Below are positions 57,316-60,654 of a stretch of 60,654 nt of DNA, piece after piece (position 1 is the first letter of the stretch; each line of letters opens with the position of its first letter). Position numbers and translations under genes: made by a program. Under the pieces are notes generated by a model. The model had not been told where the DNA came from, did not search any database, and saw only the letters and a list, made by a program, of their open reading frames with translations. The DNA lies in NCBI GenBank assembly GCA_029939235.1, contig JAOZTG010000001.1, positions 1-60,654 on the forward strand, given 5' to 3'. The stretch is from Flavobacteriaceae bacterium. Its GTDB lineage: Bacteria; Bacteroidota; Bacteroidia; Flavobacteriales; Flavobacteriaceae.

Positions 57316-59229
57316 ATGACCATAAAAAAAATTACATTTCTTGTATTTGTATTTTTTCTTAATTTCACTATCATCGGACAAACATTGGATACTATTGTTC
57401 TATTAGATGATGTTGAACTTACAGTTAAAAAACAAATATTCCTTGTAGGAGGGAAGATCGAATCAATCGATTCAATTAAACTAAGCACTGTTTCCAGTGG
57501 AAGTTTAACTGATATGATCAATCGTTACCTGCCAATTTATATCAAACAGGATGCAGGAGGGTTATCAACGATAAGGTTTAGGGGTACAAGTCCGGATCAT
57601 ACTGCGATCATGTTTGGTGGACTTAATATTAATTCACTTACATTGGGACATTCAAACATGTCAAATATACCCATGTTTTTATTTGATGATGTGAAAGTTC
57701 AGTTTGGTAGCTCAAGTTCATTGTATGGAACAGATGCAATTGGAGGAAGCATACAATTAGACAATCAACCAAAATGGAATAAAGGATGGAATGTTGGGAT
57801 ACAACAGGACCTGGCAAGTTTTGGTTCATACTTTACAGGATTAAAACTTGGTTACAGCAACAAAAAGATACATTATGTGATCAAAGCATTTTATCAGATA
57901 AAAGAGAATGACTTTCCATTTTTAAATACAGCTGTAAAAGATTTTGAAAAAGATAAGTTTGTAGATGATGTACAAAAAAATGCTTCTTTTAAGAATTTCG
58001 GAATACTTCAGGAATTCAATTTTAAAGTAACCGACAAATTATTTTTCTATACAAAGCAATGGTATCAGAACAATTGGCGGGAAATTCAGCCCAATATGTC
58101 TGAAAACTATTATGGAGGAGATTATGCAGAAATAGAAAATAATAGTTTAAGAATTATTACCGGCTTGAATTACAATATTGGTAAACACAAAGTTAATACC
58201 AATATTGCTTATATTTATGATTCTCAATTATACGATAACAATTATGATCAAACCATATCTACCCGATCATTTATAAGTAGTGTTAATTATTTTAATTCTG
58301 ATTTTCTTCATGGAGATTTTAATGTTGGGGTGAATTATTCTCATTTAACCTCAGATGTTTATGCTTATAATGATGATGTTAGTGAAAACAGATTAGACTT
58401 TTTCTCTTCGTATAAAGTAAAACTATTCGACAAGTTAAAAATGGCTGTGAATTTGAGAGAATCTGTAGTGATTGATTATACAAACCAGTTTTCACCTTCT
58501 ATAGGATTTGATTACAGTATTACTGAGGCAAATGAAAATAAGATCAATGCGACTGCTTCTATTTCAAAAAGCTTTAAGATACCAACATTTAATGATCGTT
58601 TTTGGTATCCCAATGGTAACCCGGATTTGCTTCCGGAAAACGGAATGAATTATGAAATTGGTTCTAATTTAAATTTGAAAAAGGGCAAAGGTACATACAA
58701 CTTTGGAGTTTCGTTTTTTCTTATGAATGTGGATGACTGGATCTTATGGGTACCATCTGGTGATTTGTGGAGGCCAGAAAATATTAAAAAGGTTCAAAGT
58801 ATGGGGGTTGAATTAAATTTTAAAAAAGCATGTAAACTTAGAATTTTAGATCTTAATTGGGGTTTCAATTATAGCCTAACGGATGTTTCAGAAGTAGATG
58901 AATTTTGGAGTTATAATTTTTCTAAAAGAGAACAAATTGCATATACACCTAAACACATTGTCAATATTTTTACCAATATCGATTATAAGAATTGGAATTT
59001 TAATTTTACAGGTTCCTATACCGGTAATCGATTTACAGAAAGCAAAGATAAATTAGATGGTTATATCCTTATTAACACAATCATTGGGAAAAATTTCTAT
59101 TTAAATGATCATACATTTTCTGTCAATTTGAGTGCCAATAATTTATTTAATAAAGCATATCAAAACCAGGCATATTATGCTATGCCCGGTCGTAATTTTA
59201 ATTTAAGTGTCAAATATTTATATCATTAA
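57316..59229 (+). CDS. btuB: TonB-dependent cobalamin receptor
   Basis: TonB-box-like LDDVELT, plug STIRFRGT...SSLYGTDAIGG, PNGNPDLLPE, NNLFN..Y...PGRN; riboswitch-led. Confidence 0.88.
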   Translation: MTIKKITFLVFVFFLNFTIIGQTLDTIVLLDDVELTVKKQIFLVGGKIESIDSIKLSTVSSGSLTDMINRYLPIYIKQDAGGLSTIRFRGTSPDHTAIMFGGLNINSLTLGHSNMSNIPMFLFDDVKVQFGSSSSLYGTDAIGGSIQLDNQPKWNKGWNVGIQQDLASFGSYFTGLKLGYSNKKIHYVIKAFYQIKENDFPFLNTAVKDFEKDKFVDDVQKNASFKNFGILQEFNFKVTDKLFFYTKQWYQNNWREIQPNMSENYYGGDYAEIENNSLRIITGLNYNIGKHKVNTNIAYIYDSQLYDNNYDQTISTRSFISSVNYFNSDFLHGDFNVGVNYSHLTSDVYAYNDDVSENRLDFFSSYKVKLFDKLKMAVNLRESVVIDYTNQFSPSIGFDYSITEANENKINATASISKSFKIPTFNDRFWYPNGNPDLLPENGMNYEIGSNLNLKKGKGTYNFGVSFFLMNVDDWILWVPSGDLWRPENIKKVQSMGVELNFKKACKLRILDLNWGFNYSLTDVSEVDEFWSYNFSKREQIAYTPKHIVNIFTNIDYKNWNFNFTGSYTGNRFTESKDKLDGYILINTIIGKNFYLNDHTFSVNLSANNLFNKAYQNQAYYAMPGRNFNLSVKYLYH

Positions 59230-59246
59230 TTTAAAACCAATTAAAA

Positions 59247-60338
59247 ATGAATTCAATTAAAAAAATTATTCTTTCAGTATTAATTATATCTACTGTTTTT
59301 ATCTCATGTTCTGATGATGATGATCCGAAGGATATAAAGGAATATGATAAAGTAGCCTATATTGTTAATTATGGTGTGTACGGTAAGGGAGATGGAGAAA
59401 TAAGTACTTATGATACTGAAAAAGAAACGATAAGTCAGAAAAGTTATCAAACAGCTAATAATGTTGCCTTTACATCCAATATTCAATCTATGGCTATTTA
59501 TAATGATGTAGCTTATTTAATGTCAAATGCAGGTGATAAAATTGATATTTTAGATGCAGCAACGCTAAAAGCTTTAGGGAATCCGGTATCTGGTGATATT
59601 ACAAAACCACGATATTTTGCAGCAACAGGAAATACCGCATATATTTCTTGCTGGGGTGAAGTAAATGACTGGAGTGTTATGGCAAATTCATATATCGCAA
59701 AAATGGATCTGTCAACCAAAACTATAACTAAAATTGCCGTAGAGGGTGGGGCAGAAGGTGTTATTATTGTGAATAACAAATTATTTGTAGGTTCAACAGT
59801 TTTAAAAAAAATTACTGTAATTGATCTTTTAACCAATAATAGGAGCTTTATTGCAGTATCAGGAGTTCCACAACAATTTGTGGCAGATGGTGATGGAAAT
59901 ATTTGGGTTTCAACAGTAAGTAAATTTTCAACACCCGTTCCTTCAGATATGATTGGGTTTGAGGTAATCAATCCAAAAACGAATAAAGTAACTGCTTCCG
60001 TTAATTTTCCTGGAATAGGAAGCAATGGTTTGATCTCCATTTCTCCTGATAAAAATACCATTTATGCATTGGGTGCAGAAGCATGGCCTGGTACGGCAAC
60101 AACTGTTTATTCTGTGGATGTTGCAAAAAAAGAGATCAGTTCTGGAGCATTGATTACGGGTGAGAAATTCAATGGCTTAGATATAAATCCTGCAAACAAT
60201 GATATTTATGTTCTTGTATCACCGGATGCAACCAGCTCAGGTAAATTAAATATTTATTCATCAAATGGTGTATTATTATCTGAAAAAGAAACCGGAGCTT
60301 CACCAATACAAGCAGTATTTTATACTATTGAAAAATAA
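59247..60338 (+). CDS. Surface beta-propeller lipoprotein, BtuG-like
   Basis: Lipobox ISC followed by acidic SDDDD export signal; YIVNYG, PRY, AYISCWG blade-like motifs; follows btuB. Confidence 0.78.
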   Translation: MNSIKKIILSVLIISTVFISCSDDDDPKDIKEYDKVAYIVNYGVYGKGDGEISTYDTEKETISQKSYQTANNVAFTSNIQSMAIYNDVAYLMSNAGDKIDILDAATLKALGNPVSGDITKPRYFAATGNTAYISCWGEVNDWSVMANSYIAKMDLSTKTITKIAVEGGAEGVIIVNNKLFVGSTVLKKITVIDLLTNNRSFIAVSGVPQQFVADGDGNIWVSTVSKFSTPVPSDMIGFEVINPKTNKVTASVNFPGIGSNGLISISPDKNTIYALGAEAWPGTATTVYSVDVAKKEISSGALITGEKFNGLDINPANNDIYVLVSPDATSSGKLNIYSSNGVLLSEKETGASPIQAVFYTIEK

Positions 60339-60446
60339 GAATTGGTATTATTTAAAATAAAATATTTAACTCATGGTGTAAATAAAACAGTCAATAAATC
60401 TATTGCACAAAATAAAATTACCCTTCTTTCCTTTCTGAATAATTAT

Positions 60447-60654
60447 ATGGAGAAAGTAAAAACACAACCTAGTTCATATATAGGGAAACACCTTTCTCAA
60501 TCACGTATCGTAAATTTGCAGTTGACAGTAAATATACTTAATACATTTTCTAAAGAGCGATATCAAATAGATTTTTCAGATATAACCATGAACTTAACTG
60601 ATCAATTTAAAGAAGATCAATACAACAAATTGGCTGATCTTGTAAGAAGTAACA
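60447..60654 (+). CDS. Possible ORF truncated by the window end
   Basis: ATG 60447 is open to the end (MEKVKTQPSS...LADLVRSN); alternative start ATG 60588 after a TAAATTTG box; no family recognised. Confidence 0.3.
   Translation, partial: MEKVKTQPSSYIGKHLSQSRIVNLQLTVNILNTFSKERYQIDFSDITMNLTDQFKEDQYNKLADLVRSN

Noticed and set aside
57216-57521. 101-aa minus-strand ORF across riboswitch 2
   Set aside because: Antisense to the riboswitch and btuB start, with no protein features
1-60654. CRISPR arrays, tRNA/rRNA, transposases, integrases, prophage or defence systems
   Set aside because: No regularly spaced repeats, cloverleafs or relevant protein motifs seen; the helicase and exonuclease sit in housekeeping context

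Overview
AT-rich chromosomal segment of a Bacteroidota, very probably Flavobacteriaceae, genome. The assignment rests on TAnnTTTG -7 promoter boxes, a T9SS-like cargo gene, and DUF2795, DUF3276 and DUF3822 family genes. The backbone is mostly housekeeping: secA, ychF, tgt, lptF/G, accA, nnr, lysC, nusB-yajC-coaE, an rprXY-like two-component system, rsmD, a RecD-like helicase, dacB and miaA. Accessory or regulatory modules are: (i) a compact wza-wzc polysaccharide locus running into a PAPS-supply cassette (cysQ-DUF2061x2-cysC-cysD-cysN); (ii) an HTH+ACT protein divergent from aspartate kinase across a palindrome-rich spacer; (iii) an ECF sigma / XRE / DUF2141-LytS-2TM-LytTR signalling cluster with visible candidate operators; (iv) a GluR0-like ligand-gated K+ channel and a second K+ channel; (v) a two-riboswitch cobalamin uptake locus (btuFCD + histidine phosphatase; btuB + btuG-like). 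I saw no rRNA, tRNA, CRISPR array, transposase or prophage. All calls come from motif recognition by eye; no searches were run.
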